DNA from: Psychrobacter sp. DM4
GTDB lineage: Bacteria > Pseudomonadota > Gammaproteobacteria > Pseudomonadales > Moraxellaceae
Direction of reading: 5' to 3'
NCBI RefSeq assembly: GCF_051307035.1
Contig: NZ_CP195536.1
Location: 1-32,000 of the forward strand
DNA length: 32,000 nucleotides
Shown here one piece after another: positions 19,650 through 29,466 of the stretch; position 1 is the stretch's first letter; every line of letters starts with the position of its first letter. The notes below the pieces were generated by a model. The model made no database searches. It was given only the letters and a program-made list of their open reading frames with translations, and was not told the DNA's origin. The translations under genes and the position numbers were made by a program.

Positions 19650-21215
19650 CTACTTGGCAGGATATCCTGTGATGTCTTGAATGCTTTGATATATAGGTTT
19701 TAGGCGCTCGTACATTTTTAGATATACCTCATTATAGAGACGTTTGTAGAGCTGAACATTGGCTTCAATAGGGACGAATTCATCACCTAAATGAGTCATA
19801 GCAGCGCTCGCACTAGTGTGATCGGGATAAACGCCAAGACCCACCGCGCAGTTAATGGCAGCGCCTAATCCTGTGGCCTCAAACGTATGTGGACGATAAG
19901 CGGGCATACCAAAGATATCGGCGGTGAGCTGCATGGCAGAATTGCTTTGCGAGCCGCCGCCTGAGACGCGCAGGTGTTTAATGGGTTTACCAGTGCGTAT
20001 CGAAATCGTATCAAAGCCAAGCTTAAGCTCGTAAGCCAGCCCCTCTAAGATGGCGCGGTACACGTGTGCGCGTGTGTGTACATCGCCGAAACCGATGAGT
20101 GCGCCCTTGCCTTCAGGCCCTGGATGACGCACGCCCGGTGACCAATAGGGCTGCATCATCAGTCCCATACAGCCCGCTGGAATATCTTTGACGGCTGCAT
20201 CAAGGAGTTGTTCGGTATCGATACCTTGGGTCTTAGCTAATTGCTGCTCATAGTGGGCGAACTGTTCTTTGAACCAGCTGACCATCCAAAAGCCGCGATA
20301 AATCATGTATTCGTGGTTGTAGTAGTGCGGGGCGGCGGCGGTGTAGGCGGGCATGTGTTTGAGGATTTCGATGTAATCGGGCGAGATGGTATTGATGGTT
20401 GCGGTGGTACCGAAGCTGAGGCAAGCGGTATCGGCTGCCAGACCCGCTGCGCCTAGGGCTTCGCAGGCTTTGTCACTGGCGGCGGCAATCATGGGCGTGC
20501 CCTCTAGGATACCTGTGGCCTCGGCAGCTTTGGCGCTAATGTGACCGAGCTTTTGGCTTGGCGGGACGATTTTGGGCATTTGCTCAGGCGTACAGCTGAA
20601 TAGTCGCCATTTAAGGTCTTTGGGTTTTAGCCACTTTTGCGCTTTGTAGTCGTACGGCAGGTAGCCTACCGCATGACCGTTTGAGTCGATAAGCTCGTTT
20701 GTAAGCTGATAGGTGAGGTAAGCGGAGAGATTGATGTAGTGCGCGGTCTTCGCCCATATCTCAGGCTCATTTTGCGCGAGCCAATTACAGCGGGCTTTTT
20801 GCTGGGCGTCTTTGACTAACTCGCCCATGCCGATGATTTTGGTTAATGGGTTTAAGAAGCCGATATCGTGAGTTTCAGCGCGACGCAGATCCATCCAGAC
20901 GATAGCAGGGCGTAGGGGCCGTTTGTCTTTATCAAGGCAGATCATGGTATAGCGCTGGGTCGCGAGACTGACGCCAGCAATTTGTTCAGGTTTAATCTCG
21001 CAGGTTTGCCACAGCTTTTGACAGGCCTCACATAGCTTTTGCCAATAGTAGTCAGCATGCTGTTCGGCAAAGCTTGGCTGCTCGGAGAAATACGGCTCGA
21101 TAGGCACGCGAGCTTTGGCAATCTCAGCACCGAATTGATCAAAGATAAGCGCTCTGACGCTTTGGGTGCCATTATCGATAGCTAAGAAATAAGTCGGTTC
21201 GTTAGGGGTGGTCAT
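19650..21215 (-). CDS. FGGY-family carbohydrate kinase
   Basis: 521 aa with N-terminal 'LAIDNGTQSVRALIFD' (the FGGY phosphate-1 motif) and C-terminal 'RVSGGGSQSNSAMQLTADIFG'. Confidence 0.88.
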   Translation of the reverse strand: MTTPNEPTYFLAIDNGTQSVRALIFDQFGAEIAKARVPIEPYFSEQPSFAEQHADYYWQKLCEACQKLWQTCEIKPEQIAGVSLATQRYTMICLDKDKRPLRPAIVWMDLRRAETHDIGFLNPLTKIIGMGELVKDAQQKARCNWLAQNEPEIWAKTAHYINLSAYLTYQLTNELIDSNGHAVGYLPYDYKAQKWLKPKDLKWRLFSCTPEQMPKIVPPSQKLGHISAKAAEATGILEGTPMIAAASDKACEALGAAGLAADTACLSFGTTATINTISPDYIEILKHMPAYTAAAPHYYNHEYMIYRGFWMVSWFKEQFAHYEQQLAKTQGIDTEQLLDAAVKDIPAGCMGLMMQPYWSPGVRHPGPEGKGALIGFGDVHTRAHVYRAILEGLAYELKLGFDTISIRTGKPIKHLRVSGGGSQSNSAMQLTADIFGMPAYRPHTFEATGLGAAINCAVGLGVYPDHTSASAAMTHLGDEFVPIEANVQLYKRLYNEVYLKMYERLKPIYQSIQDITGYPAK

Positions 21216-21263
21216 AGTCGTCCTTAACTATGTGGGATGTAAAGTTTTCGAGGTATAAAAGCA

Positions 21264-22910
21264 TTAAGCCGCAGGCAAGTGATAATAACGCTGCCATAAC
21301 TCAGTATAGCGATCCACTTCTTGCTGCCACTTTTGCTCATCCCAGCCGAGTTCCTCGTGGCAGATTTGCTTGAGTCTAGCCCTAATCAAGGGTGTCATCG
21401 CGCCATTAGGTAGGATTAAGCCTAAGCGTGTACGTCGTAATAATAAATCATCTAAGTGTATGACCTGCTCAAAGCGCGCAGCAAAGCGAATTTCCGCCCA
21501 AATGGTATTGCTATCAGTAACGTAAGTGAGATCATCGTCATGTGCTAGCGCTAACAAGTTATCTAACTGTAGACCATAAAACCCTTGCAAACGCTGTTGT
21601 AGAGGTTTTGGCAAAGTGACGAATTTGGGATGGGTAGGTGCTACTTTGCTAAAGACGTGGTCGCTATTTATAGCTTGGTTTTGAGTGGTAGACTTATCGA
21701 GGTCGAGGACTTCTTGACATTTCTCAAGCACATCGAGAGCTATTAGGCGAAAGGTGGTGAGTTTGCCACCGCTGACAGTCACTAGATTGTTATCGAGCCA
21801 AACGCTATGATCGCGTTTTTCTTTGCTAGGGCTAACGCGCTTGCCATCGCCGCCTTCTGAAATCAGCGGACGCACGCCTGCCCAAGTGCTGATGACATCG
21901 TCTCGATTGAGCTTGGCATCATCAAACAGCTCATTGGTCGCGGCTAATAGATAATCGACTTCCTGACTCGTAATGCCGACTTCTTTGTCATCAAGTGGCG
22001 GGTGATCCAAGTCAGTGGTGCCAAGGACGGTGCGGTTCTCCCACGGAAAGACAAACACCGCTCTTTTATCAGTAGGATGCAAGAAGGTATAGGCTTGTGA
22101 GGTAGGTAAGCGCTCTTGACTGACGACTAGGTGACTACCGCGCGAGGGACGGATTTGCTTGTTGAAGCTTTGCTCGGTCTCATTACTGGCTTGCATACGT
22201 AAGGTATCCGCCCAAGCGCCAGTCGCACTGACCACCACTTTGGCATGGATATCGTAAGTCTGATTGCTATCTTCAGAAGAGGTATCTTTAAGATTTGCGC
22301 CGACCACTAAGCCCTGCTCATTGGTGATCAATGACTCAGCTTTTAGATAATTAATCGCCTGCGCGCCATCATTGATCGCTTCATCAAGCACACGCATGAC
22401 CAGACGCGAGTCATCAGTGACCGCATCGCTAAACTGACTGGCGCCCAAAAACTTATCTTGCTTGATAGTAGGATTTAAACTTAGAAAAGCATCTCTTTTA
22501 AAGTACTTAAAATAGCGATTGCCCGCTATCCTATCGTAGATACGAAGTAAGGTATTAAATATCCACGGCGGTGGAAACTTGCCTTTATAATGCGGCATGA
22601 CGTAGTGCATCTCGTTAACGAGACCGCTGGCCTCGTTAAGCATACGTTCACGTTCGCGCACGCTAAGTAAAGTGGTCTTATAATCACCTGAGGCTATGTA
22701 GCGCAGGCCGCCATGTACCATTTTGCTAGAGCGGCTGGAGGTGCCCCAAGCAAAATCTTTTTGCTCAATCAGTAATACTGCTAGACCACGCCTGGCTGCT
22801 TCACGCGCAATTCCCGCACCAGTGATACCACCACCGATAATGAGCATATCCCAAGGTTCAGATCTCAATAAGGGCGCTAAGGCTTGCTGGCGCTGTGTGC
22901 TTTGAGTCAT
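21264..22910 (-). CDS. FAD-dependent glycerol-3-phosphate dehydrogenase/oxidase family protein (GlpD-like)
   Basis: 548 aa with a dinucleotide-binding 'DMLIIGGGITGAGIAREAARRGL' followed by 'DFAWGTSSRSSKMVHGGLRY', which is diagnostic of the GlpD/GlpO family. Confidence 0.88.
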   Translation of the reverse strand: MTQSTQRQQALAPLLRSEPWDMLIIGGGITGAGIAREAARRGLAVLLIEQKDFAWGTSSRSSKMVHGGLRYIASGDYKTTLLSVRERERMLNEASGLVNEMHYVMPHYKGKFPPPWIFNTLLRIYDRIAGNRYFKYFKRDAFLSLNPTIKQDKFLGASQFSDAVTDDSRLVMRVLDEAINDGAQAINYLKAESLITNEQGLVVGANLKDTSSEDSNQTYDIHAKVVVSATGAWADTLRMQASNETEQSFNKQIRPSRGSHLVVSQERLPTSQAYTFLHPTDKRAVFVFPWENRTVLGTTDLDHPPLDDKEVGITSQEVDYLLAATNELFDDAKLNRDDVISTWAGVRPLISEGGDGKRVSPSKEKRDHSVWLDNNLVTVSGGKLTTFRLIALDVLEKCQEVLDLDKSTTQNQAINSDHVFSKVAPTHPKFVTLPKPLQQRLQGFYGLQLDNLLALAHDDDLTYVTDSNTIWAEIRFAARFEQVIHLDDLLLRRTRLGLILPNGAMTPLIRARLKQICHEELGWDEQKWQQEVDRYTELWQRYYHLPAA

Positions 22911-22934
22911 AAATTACTCTTATTAATTTGTCTG

Positions 22935-24689
22935 CTACTCTTCAAGCAACACACCTGGATTCATAAGTTGCTCAGGGTCTAGGCTCCTAATCATATCTCT
23001 AGTCACTTGTAGACCAAGCTCGCCTTTTTCAGCAGCGAGGTAGGGGGCGTGATCACGACCGACGCCATGCTGATGCGATATCGTCGCTTTACCATTCGCG
23101 AGGCTAGTGCTAGCCGCATGTTTAATTTTTTGCCAGCGTTTTAAGGTAGTCGCATGATCTTTAGCGGCCCGAAAGAAGTAAGTGGTATATAGACTCGCGC
23201 CTTGCTTGTAGACATGGGAGATATGAGTAAAGGCCATGACTTCCTCACCTTCATCAGCTAGCGCCGTTTTTACCGCCTCTTGCATTTGTGCCATCTGCTC
23301 GTCGATACGATTCCAGTTGGTCGCGGTCTCAAAGGTATCGACCATGATGCCTTTATCCCAAAGCGTACCGCGCAAATAAGGGAACTTAAAGCGACCATGC
23401 GCCCACACGCTACCCATGATATTGGTGATTTTGCCCGTGACACTACCATTTTTCTTTAATAGTTTATTGAACTGAGTCACTGCTAGTTTATTCTGCGCTT
23501 TATCGCCTGAAAAACCATAAGTAAGCATGACTTTATCTGAGCTAAGACCGCGCGCTTTAAGGTACGTGCTAATCGCTAAAAACTGGCTTGGCGACGTGCC
23601 TAAGTGTAGGTGCGCATTGGTCTCAACCGCATTACTTAGGCGTAGCATTGAGAGGCGAATATTACTTTGTACCGCTTGTTTGAGTACCGCTTTGCCTGCC
23701 TCCCAACTCGGCAAAAAGGCGACTTTAAACAGTTCTTCCTCTGGCTGCGTCTGCACGCGCATTTTGACTGTCGTAAAGATACCCGCGCGGCCTTCCGTGC
23801 CCATCATCATCTCACGCAGATCAGGCCCTGCGGCTGACGCAGGAATGTCGGCAATGTTCAATACGCCTTGCGGGGTGACGAGTGTGCCGCCCGCAAACAT
23901 CTGCTCGATACGTCCATATCCCAACGACTGCTGACCACTAGAGCGCGCCGCTATCCAGCCACCGAGCGTTGATAGCTCCCACGACTGTGGATAATGTCCC
24001 AAGCGGTATCCCTGCTCGTCCAGCTGTGCTTCGACCGCAGGGCCTTGCGTGCCCGCACCGAAAGTGGCGATTTGGCTCTCAACATCTAAGTGGGTAAGCT
24101 GCGCCATTTGACTCATAGCAACCGTTAAAACAGGACGCTCTCCTTTTTGTGGGTTGATATGTCCCACTACCGAGGTACCACCACCAAACGGAATGACGAT
24201 TAGATCGTGCTCTTGGGCTAACTTTAGCAATTGCTCGACATCAGCAGTAGATTCAGGAAAAGCGACACCATCAGGAAAGACTTCAAAGTCGCCACTGTGC
24301 ATCGCGATCCAATCAGGGAAGCTCTGACCACGCGCATGTCTGAGCCTGACCTCTTGATCGGTTGAGACCATATCTAAATCGGTAAGCTCAGCAGGCAAGC
24401 GTGATGTAGGAACCGTTTTGAGCACGTGTTGCAAGCTGACCGAGGTTAGCTTTTTAGTTTTGCCGATATGCGATTTAATTAGCTTTGCGCCGTGTGACGA
24501 GACTTTTTTATTGATACTCACATTTCCCCAGCCGTTCCAGCGCGTTTGCTCGATAGGGGTGTTGTTTTGAGAGACAGTTCTTTTTATATCAGCATCTTGA
24601 CTAGTGTTGTCGGCGTTTTTGCTATCAGAAGTGACTGCGAGAGGAGTGCGTTTGTCATTTTTACGGATAAGGGATTTGATTTTGCGCAT
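22935..24689 (-). CDS. FAD-linked oxidase (FAD_binding_4 / alkyl-DHAP-synthase-like flavoprotein)
   Basis: 584 aa with 'VIPFGGGTSVVGHINP' and a VAO/PCMH-type FAD-binding fold. It is first in an apparent 3-gene operon with only 24-48 bp between genes. Confidence 0.82.
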   Translation of the reverse strand: MRKIKSLIRKNDKRTPLAVTSDSKNADNTSQDADIKRTVSQNNTPIEQTRWNGWGNVSINKKVSSHGAKLIKSHIGKTKKLTSVSLQHVLKTVPTSRLPAELTDLDMVSTDQEVRLRHARGQSFPDWIAMHSGDFEVFPDGVAFPESTADVEQLLKLAQEHDLIVIPFGGGTSVVGHINPQKGERPVLTVAMSQMAQLTHLDVESQIATFGAGTQGPAVEAQLDEQGYRLGHYPQSWELSTLGGWIAARSSGQQSLGYGRIEQMFAGGTLVTPQGVLNIADIPASAAGPDLREMMMGTEGRAGIFTTVKMRVQTQPEEELFKVAFLPSWEAGKAVLKQAVQSNIRLSMLRLSNAVETNAHLHLGTSPSQFLAISTYLKARGLSSDKVMLTYGFSGDKAQNKLAVTQFNKLLKKNGSVTGKITNIMGSVWAHGRFKFPYLRGTLWDKGIMVDTFETATNWNRIDEQMAQMQEAVKTALADEGEEVMAFTHISHVYKQGASLYTTYFFRAAKDHATTLKRWQKIKHAASTSLANGKATISHQHGVGRDHAPYLAAEKGELGLQVTRDMIRSLDPEQLMNPGVLLEE

Positions 24690-24819
24690 AGAGACATACC
24701 TGTCAAATTATAATCGTTATACTTTGGATTGAGTCTGAAACCATAACTTTTAATGAAATAAAAATGGTCTAATCGCAGATTACTCAATCAAAATAAGGAT
24801 AAAGACACCATACTAATTA

Positions 24820-24842
24820 TTTTGTATTACCGCAATACAAAA
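24820..24842. promoter_or_regulatory. Inverted repeat ttttgtatt-accgc-aatacaaaa in the operon/cupin intergenic region
   Basis: 9-bp perfect arms with a 5-nt spacer, about 130 bp upstream of the FAD-oxidase start. It could be an operator, or part of the cupin gene's terminator. Confidence 0.35.
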
Positions 24843-24853
24843 AACTATTGTTT

Positions 24854-24881
24854 ATAAAATTCTATACGCATAGAATTTTAT
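24854..24881. promoter_or_regulatory. Perfect 12-bp-arm palindrome ataaaattctat-acgc-atagaattttat
   Basis: Read directly from the sequence. It lies 30 bp downstream of the cupin stop on the minus strand, so it may be a terminator, an operator, or both. Confidence 0.4.
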
Positions 24882-24910
24882 ATGCATAACATCGCTATCA
24901 ATAACTCATT

Positions 24911-25405
24911 TTATAGCTGGTTTAAGTCTGCTAAGTCTACATACTCTTTTTCGCCATGAATGGTGTACATTCTGCGTTTGATATCTGGGTAATTGGTGAT
25001 ATCAATCGGTGGTCTACTGCCACCCATTAGGTAGGTGGCGTCGCTATCACTATCATTACGCATAGAATGCGCGGCACCGTGCGCTGGAAAGCCAACAAAA
25101 TCTCCAACATTTAGCTGATAACTCTCATCGCCATAACGCAGTGTCAGCTCGCCTGATAAGACATAAATGAATTCATCTGACTCTTCGTGATAGTGATGTT
25201 GGGTGGTCTCATCGCCTGACTCGACGCGCACGAGATGCAAGCCAAAGGTCGTAAGACCAACGACATCGCTCAGAGACACCGTGTGCCGAATAGCTTGCTC
25301 ATTGAACTGATGCACGTGTCTGGTTTCAGGAATAGTGTCGATATCGGACTTGGTTAAAATGTAATCCTTTGGGTGGTCAAATTTAGTTTTAGGTATTTTG
25401 TTCAT
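24911..25405 (-). CDS. Cupin domain protein
   Basis: 164 aa with the two cupin motifs 'G.ETTQHHYHEESDEFIYVLSG' and 'GDFVGFPAHGAAHSMRN'. Confidence 0.8.
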   Translation of the reverse strand: MNKIPKTKFDHPKDYILTKSDIDTIPETRHVHQFNEQAIRHTVSLSDVVGLTTFGLHLVRVESGDETTQHHYHEESDEFIYVLSGELTLRYGDESYQLNVGDFVGFPAHGAAHSMRNDSDSDATYLMGGSRPPIDITNYPDIKRRMYTIHGEKEYVDLADLNQL

Positions 25406-25683
25406 TAGTTATCTCCGTTGTTCATATTTTGAGTTTAAGCTTATAGTAGTCGTGACTATATGAGTGTATTCATTAAATCACGTAGAAAGTATAATTATCA
25501 GACTTTTAATTGCCTTATTATTAACTTCGATATTTTTCATTTGCCTATCATTTGCTCACTTTTAATCTCATTTAATCCACGTAAGCGTCAATAGTCACTA
25601 ATAATCGAACATCTAATAGCCAATCCTTTGTCTAAACTTGTTAAAATAGACCACCACTTTTATCTATTGATGGACATCTCTTT

Positions 25684-27306
25684 ATGACCACTGCCACTAC
25701 GTCACGCGCTGCCACTCCTACTATCAAAGAAGATCGCATTCTTATCCTCGATTTTGGCTCGCAATACAGCCAGCTCATCGCTCGCCGTGTGCGTGATTCA
25801 GGCGTATTCTGTGAGATGCTACCCTTTGATATCGATACTCAACGCATTATTGATTTTGGCGCAAAAGGCATCATTCTATCGGGCGGTCCTGAGAGCGTGC
25901 ACGCAGAGAATAGCCCGCGTATTAATGAGGCGGTGTTTGAGCTAGGCGTGCCCGTACTCGGCATCTGCTACGGTATGCAGGCGATGGCGGAGCGTTTTGG
26001 CGGGCAAGTTCACGCGAGCGATATCCATGAGTTTGGTGCAGCAACGATAGACGTTAATGGTCATTCAGCCTTAACCGACGGTATCGAAGACAGCAGCACG
26101 GAAGGGAAGTCAGCCAAGCTAAACGTTTGGATGAGTCATGGCGATAAAGTCGTTGAAGCGCCCAAAGGCTTCGAGATTATCGCTAGTACGACAAGCTGCC
26201 CGATTGCGATTATGGCGAATGAGTCGCGTCATTATTATGGTCTCCAGTTCCATCCTGAAGTGACCCATACCTTACAAGGTGAGGCGTTGCTTAGTCGTTT
26301 TGTCCATCAGATTTGCGAGTGCGCGGGCGATTGGACACCAGACAATATCGCTGATATGCGTATCGCGCAGCTCAAAGAACAAATCGGCGATAAGCAAGTC
26401 CTGCTGGGTCTCTCAGGCGGCGTCGATAGCTCGGTAGTCGCGGCGCTCTTGCACAAGGCGATTGGCGATCAGCTCACTTGCGTGTTCGTCGATAATGGTC
26501 TGCTGCGCTTGCACGAAGGCGATCAAGTGATGCAAATTTTCGCAGAAAACATGGGTGTCAAAGTCATCCGTGTCGATGCCGAAGATCTGTTTTTAAATGC
26601 CTTAGCGGGCGAGTCCGATCCCGAAGCCAAACGTAAAATCATCGGCAAAACCTTTATCGATGTCTTCGCTGATAGCGCCCGTCAAGTCAGCGAGCAAAGC
26701 GATGGCAAAGTGGTTGAGTTCCTAGCGCAAGGTACGATTTATCCCGACGTGATTGAATCAGCGAAGTCGCACCAAGGCAAAGCGCACGTGATCAAAAGCC
26801 ATCATAATGTTGGCGGTCTGCCAGATGACTTAGCATTTAAGCTGATTGAGCCATTACGTGATTTGTTTAAAGATGAAGTGCGTAAGCTTGGTATTACCTT
26901 AGGCCTACCAGCTAAAATGATCTATCGTCATCCGTTCCCAGGTCCAGGTTTGGGCGTGCGTATCCTGGGCGAAGTCACCAAAGAATTTGCGGATATTCTG
27001 CGTCAAGCCGACGCGATATTTATGGCAGAGTTAGAGAAGTCAGGCTGGTATGACAAGACTGCGCAAGCCTTTGCCGTATTCCAACCGATCAAATCGGTCG
27101 GCGTGGTCGGTGACGGTCGCCGCTATGCGTGGGTGATTGCGCTACGTGCCGTTGAGACCGTAGACTTTATGACCGCTCGCTTTGCGCATCTGCCGTATGA
27201 GCTAATCGAGACGGTATCGAATCGCATTATGAATGAAATCGCTGAAGTGTCACGCGTGACTTATGATGTGTCGAGCAAGCCGCCTGCGACGATTGAGTGG
27301 GAGTAG
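25684..27306 (+). CDS. guaA: GMP synthase (glutamine-hydrolysing)
   Basis: 540 aa. It has the GATase catalytic 'GICYGMQ', the ATP-pyrophosphatase P-loop 'SGGVDSSV' and the canonical C-terminus 'KPPATIEWE'. Confidence 0.97.
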   Translation: MTTATTSRAATPTIKEDRILILDFGSQYSQLIARRVRDSGVFCEMLPFDIDTQRIIDFGAKGIILSGGPESVHAENSPRINEAVFELGVPVLGICYGMQAMAERFGGQVHASDIHEFGAATIDVNGHSALTDGIEDSSTEGKSAKLNVWMSHGDKVVEAPKGFEIIASTTSCPIAIMANESRHYYGLQFHPEVTHTLQGEALLSRFVHQICECAGDWTPDNIADMRIAQLKEQIGDKQVLLGLSGGVDSSVVAALLHKAIGDQLTCVFVDNGLLRLHEGDQVMQIFAENMGVKVIRVDAEDLFLNALAGESDPEAKRKIIGKTFIDVFADSARQVSEQSDGKVVEFLAQGTIYPDVIESAKSHQGKAHVIKSHHNVGGLPDDLAFKLIEPLRDLFKDEVRKLGITLGLPAKMIYRHPFPGPGLGVRILGEVTKEFADILRQADAIFMAELEKSGWYDKTAQAFAVFQPIKSVGVVGDGRRYAWVIALRAVETVDFMTARFAHLPYELIETVSNRIMNEIAEVSRVTYDVSSKPPATIEWE

Positions 27307-27336
27307 GGGTTTTACATTAGATAATGGCTAAAAAAT

Positions 27337-27371
27337 AAAGAACGTAGCTTTTATGGTTACGTTCTTTTTTT
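27337..27371 (+). terminator. Rho-independent terminator of guaA
   Basis: Stem aaagaacgta (27337-27346) pairs with tacgttcttt (27358-27367) around an 11-nt loop. The T-run continues to 27371. Confidence 0.7.
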
Positions 27372-27416
27372 ATATGCATTATTAAACTTGGAAAGTAACT
27401 AAAATAAGGAAGCTTT

Positions 27417-29390
27417 ATGCAACGTGCATACTACTCAAACTCAATTCAAGATTTTTTATTGGAGTCCGAAGAGGGTATTCTAGGTCGATTAACAGCAAAT
27501 CATAGCAATAGAACACTTGAAGAATTACAGATCAATGCGTGGCGAAAACAAATCAAAGTTCTAAAAGACCAGCTCGCCTTATTTAAAGGACAAATCTATT
27601 TTGAATTTACCATACCTAGGATGGGTAAACGAGTAGACAATATAATTATCATAAATAATGTCATATTTGTCATTGAGTTCAAGGTTGGCGATGGAGGTTA
27701 TTCAAAACATGCTGTAGAACAGACTATTGATTACACCATTGATTTAAGGAATTTTCATGAGGGTAGTCATCATGCTAAATTAGTACCTATTTTGGTTGTC
27801 ACAGAAGCTAAGATCTCTCCAACTACAAGTGATCATACAACCATTATCAATCATCAAGATGTTGCCAAAACAAATCAATTCGATTTAGCCCAAACACTTA
27901 ATAAGTTTATAGATGGAGATACTCTAGCTATCGATGTAGCACGTTGGCAAAATTCAATCTACAAGCCTACTCCGACGATTGTTGAAGCCGCTCAGGCTCT
28001 ATATAAAGGTCATAATGTTAAAGAAATCACACGATCAGACTCAGGCGCTATCAACCTTGGCAAGACGACTGATCAAATCAATCGAATAATTGAGGTATCA
28101 AAGCGCAATAAAAGGAAATCCATTTGCTTTGTTACAGGTGTACCTGGTGCTGGTAAAACCTTGGCTGGTTTAAATATTGCTGTCGAGCGAATGAAGGCTG
28201 ATGAAGAGGAACATGCGGTTTTTCTCTCTGGTAATGGTCCTTTGGTTGATGTATTGCGAGAGGCTTTAACGAGAGACTCTGTAGATATATCTAAGCAGAC
28301 AGGGGACAAGCTTACCAAGAAGCAAGCTGCTATAAAGGCAAATGCCTTTATACAAAACATTCATCACTTCAGAGATGATAATTTAAAGTCTGATAATGCT
28401 CCAACTGAGAAGGTTGTCGTATTTGATGAAGCACAAAGAGCTTGGACTAAAGCGCAAGCAAACTCTTTTATGAAGAGAAAAAAAGGCATTGAAAACTTTA
28501 ATATGTCAGAACCTGAGTTTTTGATTAAGGTTATGAACAGACACCCTGACTGGTGCACCATTGTTTGTTTGATTGGGGGTGGACAAGAGATTAACACTGG
28601 AGAAGCTGGATTAGAGGAATGGGTAAACTCACTAAAAAATAGCTTCCCAAATTGGGATGTCCACTACTCAAACTTAATTATTGATAGCGATAATTATATC
28701 AAATCTAAAAGCGCAAAAAATTGGTTGATAGAGAAAGGCCATAGTAAACCTGAACTACATCTAGCTGTATCAGTTAGATCATTTCGGTCTGAGAAGCTAG
28801 CTTACTTTATTCACGAACTTTTAGATCTGAATGGAGAGGTTGCTAAAAGTGTTTATGCGCAGATTAAAATAGACTACCCTATTTTTATCACAAGAGACAT
28901 TGACACTGCTAAAAACTGGCTACGAAATCAAGCAAAAGGAAGCGAGAGAATTGGGTTGATTAGTTCGTCTGGCGCTAAAAGGTTAAGACCTTTAGGTATA
29001 GATGTTAAAAACACAATCTCAGCACCTAGTTGGTTTTTAAATGATAGTAGGGATATTCGTTCATCTTACTTTTTAGAAGAGGTAGCGACCGAGTTTGATA
29101 TTCAAGGTTTAGAAATTGATTGGGCATGCGTTGCTTGGGGTGGTAATTTTCATATAAAAAACGATAGTTGGCAGTATCTAAATTTTAAAGGCACTAAATG
29201 GCAAGTAATTGGCCAAGATATAGCTAAGGAGTATTTAAAAAATACTTATCGTGTTCTACTTACTAGGGCTAGACAAGGTATGATTATTTTTGTGCCTGAA
29301 GGAAGTACTCTTGATCATACAAGACCGAAAGAATACTACGACGATACTTGGAACTATTTAAAATCAGTTGGAGTTCAAGAGTTGAAGTAG
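27417..29390 (+). CDS. DUF2075-type P-loop NTPase/SF1-like helicase with an N-terminal PD-(D/E)xK-like nuclease module
   Basis: 657 aa. The N-terminus 'YFEF..GKRVDNIIII..VIEFKVG' fits an E...D...ExK pattern. It also has Walker A 'GVPGAGKT', Walker B 'VVVFDEAQRAW' and C-terminal 'YRVLLTRARQGMIIFVP'. The RBS is AAGGAAG. One line I counted gives about 33% GC. Confidence 0.82.
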   Translation: MQRAYYSNSIQDFLLESEEGILGRLTANHSNRTLEELQINAWRKQIKVLKDQLALFKGQIYFEFTIPRMGKRVDNIIIINNVIFVIEFKVGDGGYSKHAVEQTIDYTIDLRNFHEGSHHAKLVPILVVTEAKISPTTSDHTTIINHQDVAKTNQFDLAQTLNKFIDGDTLAIDVARWQNSIYKPTPTIVEAAQALYKGHNVKEITRSDSGAINLGKTTDQINRIIEVSKRNKRKSICFVTGVPGAGKTLAGLNIAVERMKADEEEHAVFLSGNGPLVDVLREALTRDSVDISKQTGDKLTKKQAAIKANAFIQNIHHFRDDNLKSDNAPTEKVVVFDEAQRAWTKAQANSFMKRKKGIENFNMSEPEFLIKVMNRHPDWCTIVCLIGGGQEINTGEAGLEEWVNSLKNSFPNWDVHYSNLIIDSDNYIKSKSAKNWLIEKGHSKPELHLAVSVRSFRSEKLAYFIHELLDLNGEVAKSVYAQIKIDYPIFITRDIDTAKNWLRNQAKGSERIGLISSSGAKRLRPLGIDVKNTISAPSWFLNDSRDIRSSYFLEEVATEFDIQGLEIDWACVAWGGNFHIKNDSWQYLNFKGTKWQVIGQDIAKEYLKNTYRVLLTRARQGMIIFVPEGSTLDHTRPKEYYDDTWNYLKSVGVQELK

Positions 29391-29403
29391 TTCATATGAC
29401 GAT

Positions 29404-29435
29404 AAAAAACACCTACTACTTTAGTAGGTGTTTTT
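29404..29435. terminator. Bidirectional intrinsic terminator (DUF2075 gene + / acuI-like gene -)
   Basis: aaaaaa-cacctact-acttt-agtaggtg-ttttt. Confidence 0.8.
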
Positions 29436-29466
29436 GTTTGTAAATAGATTCTTCCAAACCAAAACC

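Noticed and set aside
24584-24787. 67-aa minus-strand ORF overlapping the 5' end of the FAD-oxidase gene and its upstream region
   Set aside because: It overlaps the supported start region out of frame, and I recognised no motifs or RBS. It is likely spurious.
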